Positions 29,701 through 48,549 of a DNA stretch of 64,000 nucleotides are shown piece after piece (positions within the stretch are counted from its first letter, which is position 1; each line of letters starts with the position of its first letter). The stretch lies in NCBI RefSeq assembly GCF_009914755.1, contig NC_060933.1; one strand, 5' to 3'. Below the pieces are notes generated by a model that was not told the DNA's origin, made no database searches, and saw only the letters and a program-made list of their open reading frames with translations. This stretch comes from the human T2T-CHM13v2.0 reference genome, Homo sapiens. The translations under genes and the position numbers were made by a program.

Positions 29701-30823
29701 GAATTGTAAACAAGCTTAAATTATGTTTTCCCATCTTAGTTTTATTTTGGTATGTCTATGACACAATATTAGAAACATAGTAAAATTCAACAAAATGTTG
29801 AATAAGGGCAAATATGGAATCTATCTAGGAGACTAAAGATATTTGGTTTTATGTGTCTAAACTTGAAAATAAATTGGAAGTTTCCTAGATGCTGTGGGCC
29901 ACGGCTAATATCCAGTTACTGTCAATCGCTTAGGAAACAGGGGAGTCCATTTTGACAGATTACATTCCATGATTCAGGAAGCTTAATTAGACAAAGGAGA
30001 AATGCTCTGCACTAATCTAGTTCATGAACAATTTCTTTAATCACAGAGTCTTTAACTCTATGCCAGGACATTTTATAGTCCTCACGATGCAAAATGCATG
30101 AAAGCCTTCTTGGGTTGCCTTTTATTCTATTTCCTTTTTGACTATTAATTTTTCCATACTTGATTAGTTTTAACAAAGAAAATACTTTAACATATATCCG
30201 TCTTAAAATATAAAGTAACACAAAAATGTTTTTTTGAAAGTGACCATTTTTCCTCTTTCATTCTATGATCAAAAAAATTGTTTTTCTTTGAATCACTTCA
30301 AACACCAGAGCATCTGTTTTAAATATAATGCTTTTGGTAGATTTTCCTCCCTGATTGTTGTAAAGTAATACATCTGCTTATTGGTTCATCTTGAATTCCA
30401 GATAAAATGATGTCTGATTCTTTTTAAAATTAAAATATATGAGGAAAGGATATATGATTATATTATTCATATTTAGAGTACTATATTTATAGGTATATAC
30501 TTTTGTGGTAAAACTTCAGGATACTGGCTAGCTCCTGGGAAGGAGGAAAAAGAAAAGATGGACTTCAGCTGTATCAGTAACATTTTATTTCTTTAATAAA
30601 AAGAAAAACCTAAAGCACTTATGACATGGTATTAACATCTATTAAATCTAGTGTAGGATGTAGAGGTCATTTGCAACTGCCCCAAGAACAGCCACCAAAA
30701 CCTTACGAATAAAGCCAGTGTTAAATTTGTATGAACTGTAAAGTATAAAAAATGAGAGAAATGAAGATCAAAAACAAAAGGTATCATGGTACAATGGGAA
30801 AAGACCTAGCTTTAAATTCCTAG

Positions 30824-31139
<316 letters not shown>

Positions 31140-32019
31140 GCTATGTCACCTTTTAGATACGACTTAGAACAAGCTATTGAATCACTCTGACCCTCAATTT
31201 TCCCATTTGTAAAAAGGAATTCAGTAACACATATGTTGCAGATTACGGGGAGTATTATGTATTATACATGTAGAATGTAAAATGATTATCTTGCCCTTGC
31301 ATAATCTACATAGAATGAGGGTCAACATTATATACAGATTCATCATCAATGATTATCAACAGATAGGTAAAGACATAAAATTCACTTCTACATTGACTTC
31401 TAGATCTATTGAAATAAACATTTTTAAAGTTCCAACAAACATATTCATAAGCAAAACACTGTAACAGTAATCAAAGCAGTGAGGTGCTAGTGTGAAAATA
31501 GATTATATAATAATGAGTCTGAATACAGAGAAGAGTTCAAATAGAAGATGAAAAATGAAATAAGCTATATATTGAAAGGGGGTAATTGGAGAAAACTTTC
31601 CTTTAATTATTATTCATTTTATGAAGGAAAAACAACAGGAAATCAATGGAACTGTGGTAGTCAATGGAACTCAGAGGGGAGGAAAAAAAGGAAAATTAAT
31701 CATTGCTTTCCCAAGTGATATCTCTTATTAAAGCTCAAACAGAAGTTATTTAAGGTTACACAGCTAGCAAGCGGGAGAACCTCAAAGCTAGGTTTAATTT
31801 CATTCTTAAATCTGTACTTTTTCATTATTCTATAAAAATATTGCCTCTCTGGACCTAATTCTGATCAATACAAAGGATTCTTCCCCAATTCAAGGTCACC
31901 CCTACAATGTAAGTTACAGGCATAGATCTTTCTTCTTCAGATTGCCCAACTATTAACTGTTGAACCAAAACAGCCACATTCATTTTTAGAAAAAAAAAAT
32001 CATCAAATCTAATTCATAG

Positions 32020-32329
<310 letters not shown>

Positions 32330-32456
32330 TCATAGAAAGCAATTTTCTAACTGCTCCCAGAAATACCTAGAAGGATCCACATTCTATTTCTCTTGAGATT
32401 GAATCGAGGGAGCTCTAGTAACATTTATTGAGCATCTGTTATAACTAGATAGTGCA

Positions 32457-33102
32457 CAATTGGCTCTCCATGGTCACAGATTTTGAATCTGTGGACTCAA
32501 CTGACCATATACAGAAAAGATTTTTTAAAAAAATAAATAATAGTGCAACAATAAAAATAATACAAATAAAAAACGACATAGTATAACAACTATTAACATA
32601 GTGTTTACATTTTATTAGGTATTACAAGTAATCTAGGGATCATTTAAGGCACACAAGAGGGGCCAGGTGCTGTGGCTCAGGCCCGTAATCCCAGCACTTT
32701 GGGAGGCAGAGGCAGGAGGATCACCTGAGGTCAGGAGGAGTTCAAGACCAGGCTGGCCAACATGGTGAAACCACATATCTACTAAAAATACAAAAATTTT
32801 GCTGGGTGTGGTGGCACACAGCTGTAGTCTCAGCTGTTCAGGAGGCTGAGGCACGAGAATCATTTGAACCCAGGAGGCAAAGGTTGCAGGGAGCCGAGTT
32901 CACACCACTGCACTCCAGCCTGGGTGATAAAGCAAGCCTCTATCTCAAAAAATAAAAATAAATAAATAATAAAGTACACAAGAGGATATACAGAGGTTAT
33001 ATGCAAATACTATGCCATTTTATATCAAGGACTTGAGCATCCATAGATTTTGGAATCTGCAGCATTCCTGGAACCAATCCCCTCACAATATGACTGTGAC
33101 TG
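32457..33102. mobile_element. MER2B-like Tigger MITE interrupted by AluS (32661-32970, +)
   Basis: 'gtataacaactattaacatag...tattaggtattacaagtaatctag' and 'ttatatgcaaatactatgccattttatatcaaggacttgagcatcc'. Alu TSD 'acacaagagg'. Confidence 0.85.
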
Positions 33103-33543
33103 TATATGTTTTGCCCCTTAGCATTACTCCTTATAACGACCAAGCTCAGACATTTTGTTTTAGAGATGAGGAAACAGAAGTCAAAAAGGAAGTCAATCAG
33201 TACATACAGCTATTTGGGAGAAGATTTATACCCAAGTGCTCTGAGGACAGAATACATTCAATAACTTAGTAGCTTTGAGCCATAATTCCTTTCCTAGGGC
33301 AGCATCCCAGCAGGGTTTGCAAGGGATTCCTGTCACTCTAGGTTATATTATACTGTTTGACACTTCAAAGCATTTCCTAGTATTAAAACATTGTAGGAAG
33401 AGATGATACGTGAATCTCCACCTACTAACATTATGCTCTCCATGCCCCTCAATGACTTGTTAGCTAAAATGCACACAGAGATTAAGTGGTCCAGAAGGCC
33501 GAGATGGCCTTTTGTTTATTTGCTTGTTTTTGCTAGAAGGGGT

Positions 33544-33934
33544 TTATCTTAGTCCATTTTGTGCTGCTGTAACGGAAGACTACAGATGGGTAATTTACAA
33601 TGAACATAAATTTATTTGGCTCACAGTTCTGGCGGAAAGGAAGTCCAAAATTGAGGGGCTGTTGTCTGATGAGGGCCTTTGCTCTCCATCATCCCATGGT
33701 GGAAGATGGAAGGGCAAAATAGGGTGAAAGAAGGAGATGGCTGAATTTGTTCTTTTATAAGGAACTCACTCCCTTGATAATGAACCCACTCCCAAGAGAA
33801 AGACACTAATCCATTCATGAGGTGGTACTCCCATGACCCAAACACCTCCTATTAGGCCCCATTTCCCAGCAATACCACATCAGGAATCAAGTTTCCAACA
33901 CACGAACCATGGAGAACACAGTAAAATCATAGCA
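33544..33934 (-). mobile_element. MST (MSTD-like) MaLR solo LTR
   Basis: Runs 'tcttagtccattttgtgctgctgtaac...gggtaattta' to 'aagtttccaacac...catagca'. Confidence 0.8.
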
Positions 33935-35087
33935 CAGGTTGTCTCCTCTGAGTCCCTGATGATAGAGAGCAACTACTTCAGCTGAATCACTGCAAACCAG
34001 ACTCTGCTGGTCAACAGTCTCTATCCAGTGAAAAACATTTCAAATTCCTGGAGAACATGACTATTCCATGAGACACTCAGTATCTAGACCCTGTAAAGAC
34101 CAAGATTTTAAAACTAATCATCTATGACTAGTATGCCAAGCTGCATATTAAATCCTTGTGGCAACAATTTGACTTCAGAGGGCCAATATGAATGACACCA
34201 ATTCAGGCCAGTGTATTCAAGGGCAAATAAGAATTTAAGAAATTATGTAAAAATTATGGAAGAAAATGCTTTCCCACCCACCCATTCTTGTTCATAGCTG
34301 ATTGTTCTATGTTGTAAATGGAGTTTGCATCTCACTCAATTGGAATGTAGTGCCATAAACTTCTAATTTGAATTGAAATCTCTGTAATAAAACAAATACA
34401 TGCCACAGGACAGACTCAGACAGCAAAAGGGCACCAGTGTCATTTGTTGGTCAGTAACCTCCAATTGCAAGGAGTAATAGCTATATATTGGACAGTTAAC
34501 ATAGTTCACAATAACTAAACTTTATCCTAGCTTTTCTAAAGTATTTCTGTAAAATGATTTTATATTATAATGACATCTGGCTAGCAGTTTCCCATTTAGC
34601 TTGTCTACTTCTTACTAAAAAGACTATGAAGACAAAGAAAACAAAAGACAAAAATTAATCACAAACTAAATCAAATAAGTATCTTCTAATTTAAATGATC
34701 TGTTTTATTTGCCTAGAAATATGCATTTTTGTCTTCAACCCTACAATTAAAAATGTTTCCAAGATATATTTAATTATGGATTTCTTTTCATTAATTTTGC
34801 TCAGGAATATTTTCCTACCTTGCAGCTTTAATTGTTTCGATTTTTCTACTTGTTCTGGGTCTCTTCTGTAGGATAACTGGTTTACAATAAAACCAGAAGA
34901 GTCTGTGAGTCTCTTCTACAGCTATCATTTTCTCTTTAATCATTAACCTTTTCTTCAGCATTTTACAAGAACATATCCATTTTGTATTCTACTTTATTGA
35001 TGAGATTTCCCACAGTCTGAATTTTCTCCTCAAATGTGAATTTTAATTACCATGTTTTAGATTCCTTGTAGCCATTTTTATCTGCTA

Positions 35088-37565
35088 CTTTTTTTTTGAG
35101 ACAAGGTCTGTATTAGTCCGTTTTCATACTGCTATGAAAAAACACTTGAGACTGGGTAATTTACAAAGAAAAAGAGGTTTAATGGACTCACAGTTCCACA
35201 TGGCTGGGGAGGCCTCACAATCATGGCAGAAGGTGAAGGAGGAGCAAAGGCACATCTTACATGGTGGCAGGCAAGAGAGCATGTGCTGGGGAACTGCCCT
35301 TTATAAAACCATCAGATCTCCTGAGACTTAATCACTATCATGAAAACAGCATGAGAAAAACCTCCCCCCATGGTTCAATTACCTCCCACTGGGTACCTCC
35401 CACAACATGTGAGGATTATGGGAGCTACAATTCAAGATGAGATTTGGGTGGGGACACAGCCAAAACATATAATTCTGCCCCTGCCTCCTCCTGAATCTCA
35501 TGTCCTCACATTTCAAAACCAATCATGCCTTCTCAACAGTTCCCCCAAAATCTTAATTCATTTTAGCATTATCTCAAAAGTCCCTTTTTCCTATCAGCCT
35601 GTAAAATCAAAAGCAAGTTAGTTACTTCCTAGATATAATGGGGGCACAGGCACTGAGTAAATACACCCATTCCAAATGGGAGAAATTGGCCAAAACAAAG
35701 GGGCTAAAGGCCCCATGCAAGTCTGAAATCTAGCAGGGCAGTCAAATCTTAAAGCTCCAAAATAATCTTCTTTGACTCCATGTCTCACATCCAGGTCACG
35801 CTGATGAAAGAGGTGGGTTCTCATGGTCTTGATCATTTCCACCCCTGTGGCTTTACAGGGTACAGCCCCAGTCCTGGCTGCTTTCACAGGCTGGCATTGA
35901 GTGTCTGTGGCTTTTCCAGGTGCTGGGTGCAAGTTGTCAGTGGCTTTACCATTCTGGGATCTGGAGAAAGTAGCCCTCTTCTCACAGCTCCACTAGGCAG
36001 TGCCCCAGTGGGGACTCTGTGTGGGAGCTCCCACCCCACATTTCCCTTCTACACTTCCCTAGCAGAGGTTCTCCATGAGGGCTCCCCTCCTGCAGCACAC
36101 CTCTACCTGGACATCCAGGTGTTTCCATACATCCTCTGAAATCTAGGCAGAGGTTCCCAAACCTCGACTCTTGACTTCTGTGCACCCACAGGCTCAATAC
36201 GACATGGAAGCTGCCAAGGCTTGGGGTTTGCACCCTCTGAAGCCACAGCCCGAACTGTACCTTGGCCCTTTTTAGCCACAGCTGGAGTGGCTGGGATGCT
36301 GGGCACCAAGTCCCGAGGCTGCACACAGCAGGGGGGCCCTGGACTGAGCCCAGGAAACCATTTTTCCCCCTAGGCCTCCAGGCCTGTGATGGAAGCAGCT
36401 GCCACAAATGTCTCTGACGTGCCCTGGAGATATTTTCCTGATTGTCTTGGTGTTTAACATTTGGCTCCTTGTAACTTATGCAAATTTCTGCAGCTGGCTT
36501 GAATTTCTCCTCAGAAAATGGGTTTCTCTTTTCTACTGTATCATCAGGCTACAAATTTTTCAAACTTTTATGTTCTGCTTCCTCTTGAACACTTTGCCAC
36601 TTAGAAATTTCTTCTGCCAGATACCCTAAATCATGTCTCTCAAGTTCAAACTTCCACAGATCTCTAGGGTAGGGGCAAAATGCCACCACTCTCTTTGCAT
36701 AGCAAGAGAGACCTTTATTCCAGTTCCCAGAAAGTTCCTCTTGTCCATCTAAGACCACCACAGCCTGGACTTTATTGTCCATGTCACTATCAGCATTTTG
36801 GTCAAAGCCATTCAACAAGTCTCTAGGAAGTTCCAAACTTCCCCACATCTTCCTGCTTTCTGAGCCCTCCAAGTCTCTAGGAAGTTCCAAACTTTCCCAG
36901 ATTTTCCTATCTTCTTCTCAGTACTCCAAACTGTTCTAACCTCTGTCTGTTACCCAGTTCCAAAGTTGCTTCCACATTTTCAGGTATCTTTACAGCAGCA
37001 GCCCACTCCTAATACCAATTTCTGTATTAGTCCATTTTCATACTGCTATGAAGAAATACCCAAGACTGAGTAATTTATACAGAAAAAGAGGTTTAATGGG
37101 CTCACATTTCCACATGGCTGGGGAAGCTTCACAATCATGGCAGAAGGTGAAGGAGGAGCAAAGACATATCTTACATGGCAGCAGGCAAAATTGTGTGTGT
37201 AGGGGACCTGCCCTTTATAAAACCATCAGACCTCATGGACTTATTCACTATCATGAGAGAACAGCACAGGAAAAAAAACCTGCCCCCATGATTCAATTAC
37301 CTCCCACCAAGTCCCTCCCATGACACATGGGGATTATGGGAGCTACAATTCAGGATGAGACTTAGCTGAGGACACAGCCAAACTGTATCAGGGTCTCACT
37401 CTGTTGCCAATGCTGGAGTACAGTAGTGCAATCATGGCTGACTGCAATCTTGAACTGCCGAGTTCAAGTGATCCTTCCACCTCAGCCTCCCGTGTAGCTG
37501 GGACAACAAGCTACAACTCCTGAGCTCACTGATCCTCATACCTAGGCCTCCCAAAGTGCCTGGCC
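35088..37565 (-). mobile_element. AluJ split by the THE1 provirus (35088-35108 and 37391-37565, internally deleted)
   Basis: 'ttttttgagacaaggtc' on the left continues as 'gggtctcactctgttgcc' on the right. Confidence 0.85.
35109..37390 (-). mobile_element. Full-length THE1 (C/D-like) MaLR provirus: 3' LTR 35109-35472, internal 35473-37022, 5' LTR 37023-37390
   Basis: Two direct LTRs, a 1.55-kb THE1-int, a PBS-like 'cccactcctaatacca' next to the right LTR, and TSD aggtc/gggtc. Confidence 0.95.
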
Positions 37566-38479
37566 TTATCTGATATTTATATATACTCACCTCCCACTAA
37601 AATGCCAGCAGATAATCAAACAGGGATTATTTCAAATAATTCCAGCCAAATTGCCTGTCAGAAATGGAGGCAAGAACTTCATACTTCAAGAGATACAAAT
37701 GCTTAGAAGATGTACTATCCATATATTCTTTCTGGAAAAAAAATGGATTAATATCTCCATTTTATTTTTATGCAAACAGCTAATGAGAGGTAGAAAAGAA
37801 GTAAAATAATGGCAGGGGAACATCCTGTTGCATATCCAACTCTCTGGTAATCAAAGAAATAGGTTTAAGGGATACTTTTGAAAATTTTCAAAGCACATAC
37901 TAAAATTCCAAAATGTTACAAAGGTAAAAGCAAACAAACATAGTCTATACAGCAAAAGATAGAAAACAGAGAGAGGAAAATGGCCAAACAGGAAAACATA
38001 GAAAATCTCAGAAGCAAATAAATAAACAAATAAATAAATCTACCATAAGAAATGTAAATTGAATCACCTTCCTTAGGAAATTGAAAAATCCTTCTGATGT
38101 ATCAGAAAACAAAGCTCCATTTCTATGAAAAAATTTTGAAGCAAGAAATGTATTAAAATGGCTAAAATAAGACTATGAGCAAAGATACAAGCTAATATGA
38201 AAAAATAAAGCAAGAGTAATATTAATATCAGATAAATTTGAACTAAAGGCAAACAACATGAATTGGGCCTAAGAAGAAAATTCATATTAACAAAAGATCT
38301 ATTACAAAATGAAAGAATAATATTCATGAGTATTTATATACATTTTAATGAAACATAGAAAGAAATAGACACTGACAATAGCACAACCCTATTAAGAAAT
38401 ATTTGCATTGTTTTGGTTGAACTACTAAAAGCTTTTAACAAGCTATTACTATTGATTGTAGACAATATATGGTGTTTGA

Positions 38480-40580
<2,101 letters not shown>

Positions 40581-40644
40581 CAAACACATTATAATTAGAA
40601 CAAAAATGCATGTAGAAATAAGGTTTATGTGGCCCTGCTTTTAG

Positions 40645-42089
<1,445 letters not shown>

Positions 42090-42935
42090 TGCAAATGATT
42101 TTCTACGATGATTTGTAATAGACAACTACTATTTGGTCAACACAACCCAATACCTTTTCTGAGAATTCCATCCTCCTTTACCCATCCATCTATGCAGTCT
42201 GAAGAACTAAGTCGGTAAAAGGCAAGATAAAGAATAAAAGCAGATGTGCAGTGAGCATGTGGGAAAAAATGGGGGAAGCACATGGATAGAGCAGTTGCTT
42301 CTTAGGCTACCCCAGAAACAGAGCGTCATATTGCTCTCGCATTCCTAGAATGAGATTTCCTAAAATCCTTCAAACAAATCCATCCCATTTTCTTAAGCTT
42401 AATTAGTTTAGGATCTGTTCTTTAGAATCCTAATAGATCTTCATTATAAATGCATAGTTAGGGTCAACACAACTTTATTCGTTGATATATCTCGTCAATT
42501 CAAATTTGTACCAATGTGTCCTTTCTTAATTTTAGGTGGTTCTTTTTGGAAAATGTGAGAAGCTAATGAAAACTAAAAGAAACATGACATATATTGAATA
42601 GAGAAGAGCCAAAGAAGAGAAGAGCCAAAAAAAAAAAAAGTTAGAAACCAAGGGGGCACAGTTTTCTACTATAACAGAATAACCCATTACATCTGCGTAG
42701 GCAGTTCTAGGAATACACCAACTGCAATATATACATGAAATTCTCTATGGGAGGTAGATAATTTCTTGTAGATTTTTAAAATGGTAGAGTGTTTGACTCA
42801 CAACCCGTTTGATTTTGCTTTGCCAATGTATTCACACACCAGAAATTAATGGAGGCCTCTTTTCTTCTCAAAACTCCACAAAGACCAGTGACCTTAAAAA
42901 AATCTATATATTTACCACTGGTGGAACTGAAATTA

Positions 42936-43240
<305 letters not shown>

Positions 43241-44104
43241 AGACACTTATTTATTAGAATGAATATCCTCAAGAAAATAACATCATTCTAATGTTCTCTC
43301 CTAAATCTAAGCTTAGTGCAAGAAAATAAACTTAATTTAATAATTGGCCATATAAATTCAGTTTGGATATATGCCAAGAAACATATTTATTACATTCTGA
43401 TCCTGCCCCAAGAAAGGTTAAAATGATTTTGCTTGGTTGGTTGTGTTTAGTTAGTGGGAGAATGTTTGCTCTTCTTCTATATTGCTATCATAAAACACAC
43501 TGATCATTGTCTGTAGCCATTTGGTTTTGCTGTTTATAGTTGAGAGATGTTGCAATATTAAGTAGGGACGTCTCTGTCACAGAAATTATTTGAACCGTAA
43601 ATGGTTATTTACAAATAAAGCCAGTTTATTCATCTGTGTTTTATGTTGCTAATTATCAGAGCTAAATGAATCTTTTCCTTTAGACATTTCCTGAGTCCCA
43701 AGTTCCCTTCAGGTAGATTTTAAATACCAGAGAATTTATTTTTCACTAACCACCATGAGCAAATACTTAACCTAATTTCCAAACTATCACTTTGTGATTG
43801 TTGTCCCCTTATCATTCCCTAATATCGTAGAATCGACATTAAAAATAAGGAGATTTTAAATTCAGTGGAATAAACACTGAATATTTTCATGGGCTAGACC
43901 CTGTGCTAGTCATTTAGGGTGCAAAAATGCATGTAGTTCATGGTATATTTGGAGATGAAAGGAAACTAGGGGATCCATAAATGTTGGCCTCTCTTTTTCA
44001 TGAAGTCAAGACAGTGTTCAGAGTAGAAGGCAGTGGCGAAGAAAAGCAGACTCAAGTTAAAGGAAAGGCTTAAGAAAAAGAACAAAGTTTAGGATTTGCA
44101 ATTA

Positions 44105-44290
44105 AAATAAAGGCGAGCATTAATTGAGTACTATGTGCCAGGGAGTAGAAAAATTGCTCCACATAAATTGCCTTTTTAATTCATAAAACAATCTTTTAAT
44201 GTAAGTACTATTGTTCTCATTTTAGAGATTAAGAAACTGAGGTTCAGAGAGTTTAAAGGGTTTGCCAAGGTCACACAAGCCTAGTGAATC
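44105..44290 (-). mobile_element. MIR
   Basis: 'cattttagagattaagaaactgaggttcagagag...gccaaggtcacaca'. Confidence 0.8.
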
Positions 44291-45254
44291 GTGTCTGTAA
44301 AAGCAGTTGACTAGAAAGCAGTAAAGAATTACTGCATGGCACTATGAATTATATTCAGTTTAACATCTATGAATTTACAGTAACACAAATCTGCAGAACT
44401 ACACCAATTTTTCTAGCAAGACTTAGCAACACACACACACAAAAAAAAGAATGAAGACAGCTCATTGTTGCATTCATCTGAGATCGATTGGGCTGGCCTG
44501 GTGGTTGTGGCTAAAGTGCCATGGTAGCAAAAGAATTGCATGTGCTGAAGAGTCCTGTGAAAATGAATATTAGATTAGGAAGAGGAGATAGTGCCACCAG
44601 CTGAGTTCTGATTTATTAGAAAAATTGAGCTGGATTGATAGGCTATAGGATTCAACAAAGACAAAAGCGAGATTGAACAGAGGTCAGGAAGTGAAAAAGA
44701 TGAAAGAATAACAACTGCTATTCTTGTGTTGTGTAATTGTGTTGTTCAAATTAGACTAAAATTTTTTTTATTCCATGACACAGTCTTAGGAGGTCCTGAG
44801 AACATGGGCCCCCCAAATTAGATTTTAAATGTAGAGTTAAGGAAGTTAAAATGGTTGACTCCCACAACTTTCAACTCATCCCAAATGATTACACTAAGCT
44901 AAGCATGGTAATCCCAGTCTCACTACTACGGGCTGATTTAGGACTAGGCCAATAATCTGTAAGTCTTGGTGTTATGAGGGAAATTTCGAGGAGCTTCTGG
45001 GAAACGTTTTCTTAACTATAGAAAGGAAACATTGGAAAAAATCAGCTCCAATTCTTCATTTGGATGATATAGTGTCTTGTTGCTTTGCCTGAAACTATTG
45101 CAGCTATCTTACTACCAATTGAAAGATAAAGCCACTGCAGAGAGGAAGACAGAGCCCAAGGGAGTACTAGAAAAACAAAATCAGAACCCTCATGGATATA
45201 CCTGAAGCTGCTTTATGTCTGAATTTCTTATTATGTGAGTTATAAACTCCTTTT

Positions 45255-45691
45255 TATAGTTATACTTTAAGTTCTGGGGTACATGTACAGAATGTGGAGG
45301 TTTGTTACATAGGTGTACACATGCCATGGTGGTTTGCTGCACCCATCAACCCATCATCTACATTTTAGGTATTTTTCCTAATGCTATCCCACCCCTTGAC
45401 AGGCCCCAGTGTGTGATGTTCCCCTCCCTGTGTCCATGTGTTCTCATTGATCACCTCCCCCTTATGAGTGAGAACATGCTGTGTTTGGTTTTCTGTTCTG
45501 GTGTTAGTTTGCTGAGAATGATGGTTTCCAGCTTCATCCATGTCCCTGCAAAGGACATGAACTCATCCTTTTTTATGGCTGAATAATATTCCACGGTGTA
45601 TATGTGCCACATTTTCTTTATCCAGTCTATCATTGATGGTCATTTGGGTTGGTTCCAAGTCTTTGCCATTGTGAACAGTGCCACAATGAAC
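45255..45691 (-). mobile_element. L1PA7/8-like 3' fragment
   Basis: MIDWIKKMWHIYTVEYYSAIKK translation plus 3' UTR. Confidence 0.9.
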
Positions 45692-45694
45692 CTT

Positions 45695-45997
45695 GTTTTT
45701 TTGTTTGTTTGTTTGAGACAGGCTCTCACTGTGTCATCCAAGCAGATTGTGCAGTGGTACAATCATGGCCCACTGTAGCCTCAACCTCTTGGGCTCAAGT
45801 GATCCTCTCACCTAAACCTCCTGAATAGCTGAGACTACAGGTGCACACAACCATGCCTGGCTAATTTTTGTATTTTTTGTAGAGACAGGGTTTTGCCATG
45901 TTGCCCAGACTGGTCTCAAACTCCTGGGCTTAAGCAATTCTCCTGCCTCAGCCTTCCAAAGTGCAAGGATTACAGGTGATGATCCACTGCCCCTGGC
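45695..45997 (-). mobile_element. AluJ
   Basis: Antisense dimer with J diagnostics. Confidence 0.88.
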
Positions 45998-47810
45998 CTC
46001 CCTTATCTTTTAAGGCAAATTAAACTTTTGTCTGCAGCCAAAGTCATCCTAAATGACTCAAGGATGGTTCAGATAATGAGAGGATATTCCTATAACTGTA
46101 ACCAGTATGGAGTAAAATCTGAAGATGACAAGCAGAGGATGAGAATTACCTGATCCAAACAGCATGAGTCTTAAGAGAAGGAAGTTTGGATTGGTGAGGT
46201 AAGAGGAATGATCAAGGAATAGCAATAGTCCAGGATACTAAGAGCCATTGCTACATATGTAATAATTAAAATAAAAATTTGTTCACTTAATCAACTATTG
46301 AATACCTATAAAACATGAGAATTATGCTCTGTGCCGAAGACACATGGTGGGCAAAAAGTAGACATGGTCTCTGCCCTTAATGAAGTTTTGAGTCCAGTAG
46401 AGGATATTTACGTTAATCAAATAATCACACAAATATAAAATTACATCAGCTACAACTAAAATTATATCTGCTGCAAACAAGAGGTTTAGATTTCTAGGTT
46501 GGGATGGAAAAAAATGCACACAGTGAAAATAATTCCCTCTCATTTCAAATGAATATAAATGTTATATAAAATTATATTAAAATATTTTAAAATATAGAAC
46601 TTGAGAGAGAGAGAGAAAGAGACAGAGTAAGACATCTCAAGATATGAGAAATAGAAGGAATGTGTTTAGTGGGAGCTAAGGTACGAAGCCCATAGAGGAC
46701 CCAGATGAGACACAAGTCCTTGGGACCAGGATTTTAGTGCCCTGTGTTGAAGGAAGCTGAAACCATGAGACTCAAATGCTGTACTGAGTCAGAACTGGGT
46801 TCACTCTATAAAAGTGAACACTGGGAAGGTGTTATTCGTGGATGAACTGAGAATCTCCACATATTTGCCCAAGTTTATGAATAAAAGTTAAGCATTTGTC
46901 CCTGGCTTTAGACCAGAGCCTCTATCTATACCTCACATAATGTGGGGCTCAGATTGCATTACTCCAGTTGACCAAAACTTCATAGTAGGAAGAAGGGAAG
47001 TAGGAAGTTTGAAATAGCCATTGTGGAGAATGGCTGAGTCAATGACTATTTTATAGCTGAACTCCTGTGACCTATTGTGTGGCTTCCGCCAGCAGCACTT
47101 GGTGTGGACAGATAGGGAAGGAACAGATGAATGAATTCATTTGGAATCAGGGATTTGACAGACCAAACCAAGGTGATGAACAAAACAGAGGTTAAAGAGA
47201 ATTCTGACTACAGGAAGGAGTGTTTTTGAAATCCTGAGCTCTAGACATTAATCTGGAGACAAAGAAGGAAATGAAGAAAAGAGATGCTAAAAGAGTTATT
47301 AGGTTACTGTTATAAAGAGGTTGCTAAAAACTCTGATGGGAGTGTTGAACAAGCTACCGTAAGGAAAGGAGCCTGTGGTTACGGATACCTATATATGAAT
47401 TAGTAATTTTATAAGTGGATTGATTAGAAGTGCTAGTGATTAGCATGCGAGTACACAGCAGAAGTGGAGAGGAGGAGGCCACGACTGATTAGGAGATCAA
47501 GGAGCTCAGAGCTAATGGCACAGAATGGGTCATCAATGTCATCTTCACCCATAGCTAATGTGGAAAGAAGACAGGAATTGAGGTGGAGATTAGACAGGTA
47601 CCAAGATTTTAGAATGAATCCTAGGGAAATAATTAGGAATGTTGATATGAAATAGCAAGCAATAGGGCAGAATAAAGTTTAATGGAATAAGCCTCAGTGG
47701 AGAAGGTTTTTATGAGATGGTGGAGAAATGAAGTGGAAATGGTGAGCTACAAAAGGATATTGGCTCTACTTGCTGGTCCTATGGCAAATAGGATTAGTGA
47801 AAGTATATGG

Positions 47811-47990
47811 GCTAGGCAGGGTGGGTCACGCCTATAATCCCTGCATTTTGGGAGGCTGGGGTGAGGGGATCACTTAAGCCCAGGAGGCAGAGGCTACAGT
47901 GAGCCATGGTCACACCGCTGCACTCCAGCCTGAGCAACAGAGCAAAACTCTGATTCAAAAAACAAAAGAAAAAAATAAAAATAAATAAAG
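47811..47990 (+). mobile_element. FRAM-like Alu monomer
   Basis: Single monomer with a right-arm ending and an A tail. Confidence 0.75.
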
Positions 47991-48247
47991 TAAACAGCCA
48001 CAGCTGCTTCTAGTTTTCTTAGGAAAAGCCAGATTTAAAGGCAAGAAAGTAGAGAGAGAGAGAACATGCAGGCAATAGTTGAAAATAAAGGGATAGTTGT
48101 CACTGGCTATAGAACAGTAATTCTAGAGGGAATGGTAGTTTGACATGTGAAGGACTATAGAGTGGCTAGTTCAAGAGTAAGGAAGCAGCAAGCGTGATGG
48201 GGACTTCACCTATGCTTTGACTGGTTTAAAGGCAACGAGAAGCCCCC

Positions 48248-48549
<302 letters not shown>

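Larger units (their letters stand above)
44850..46040 (+). mobile_element. Old MLT1 LTR interrupted by L1PA and AluJ
   Basis: 'gagcttctgggaaa' and 'ctattgcagctatctt', with the terminal 'tgcagccaaagtcatcctaaatgactca'. Confidence 0.55.

Noticed and set aside
36812-36900. Direct repeat 'caagtctctaggaagttccaaactt' in THE1-int, superficially like a repeat-spacer unit
   Set aside because: There are only two copies inside a MaLR internal region, probably a subfamily feature. The context is eukaryotic, so it is not CRISPR.
43668-43718. Possible 29-nt micro-exon (tcttttcctttag|...ttcag|gtagat)
   Set aside because: The donor is weak, the length is not a multiple of three, no partner exons are evident, and such a match is expected by chance.
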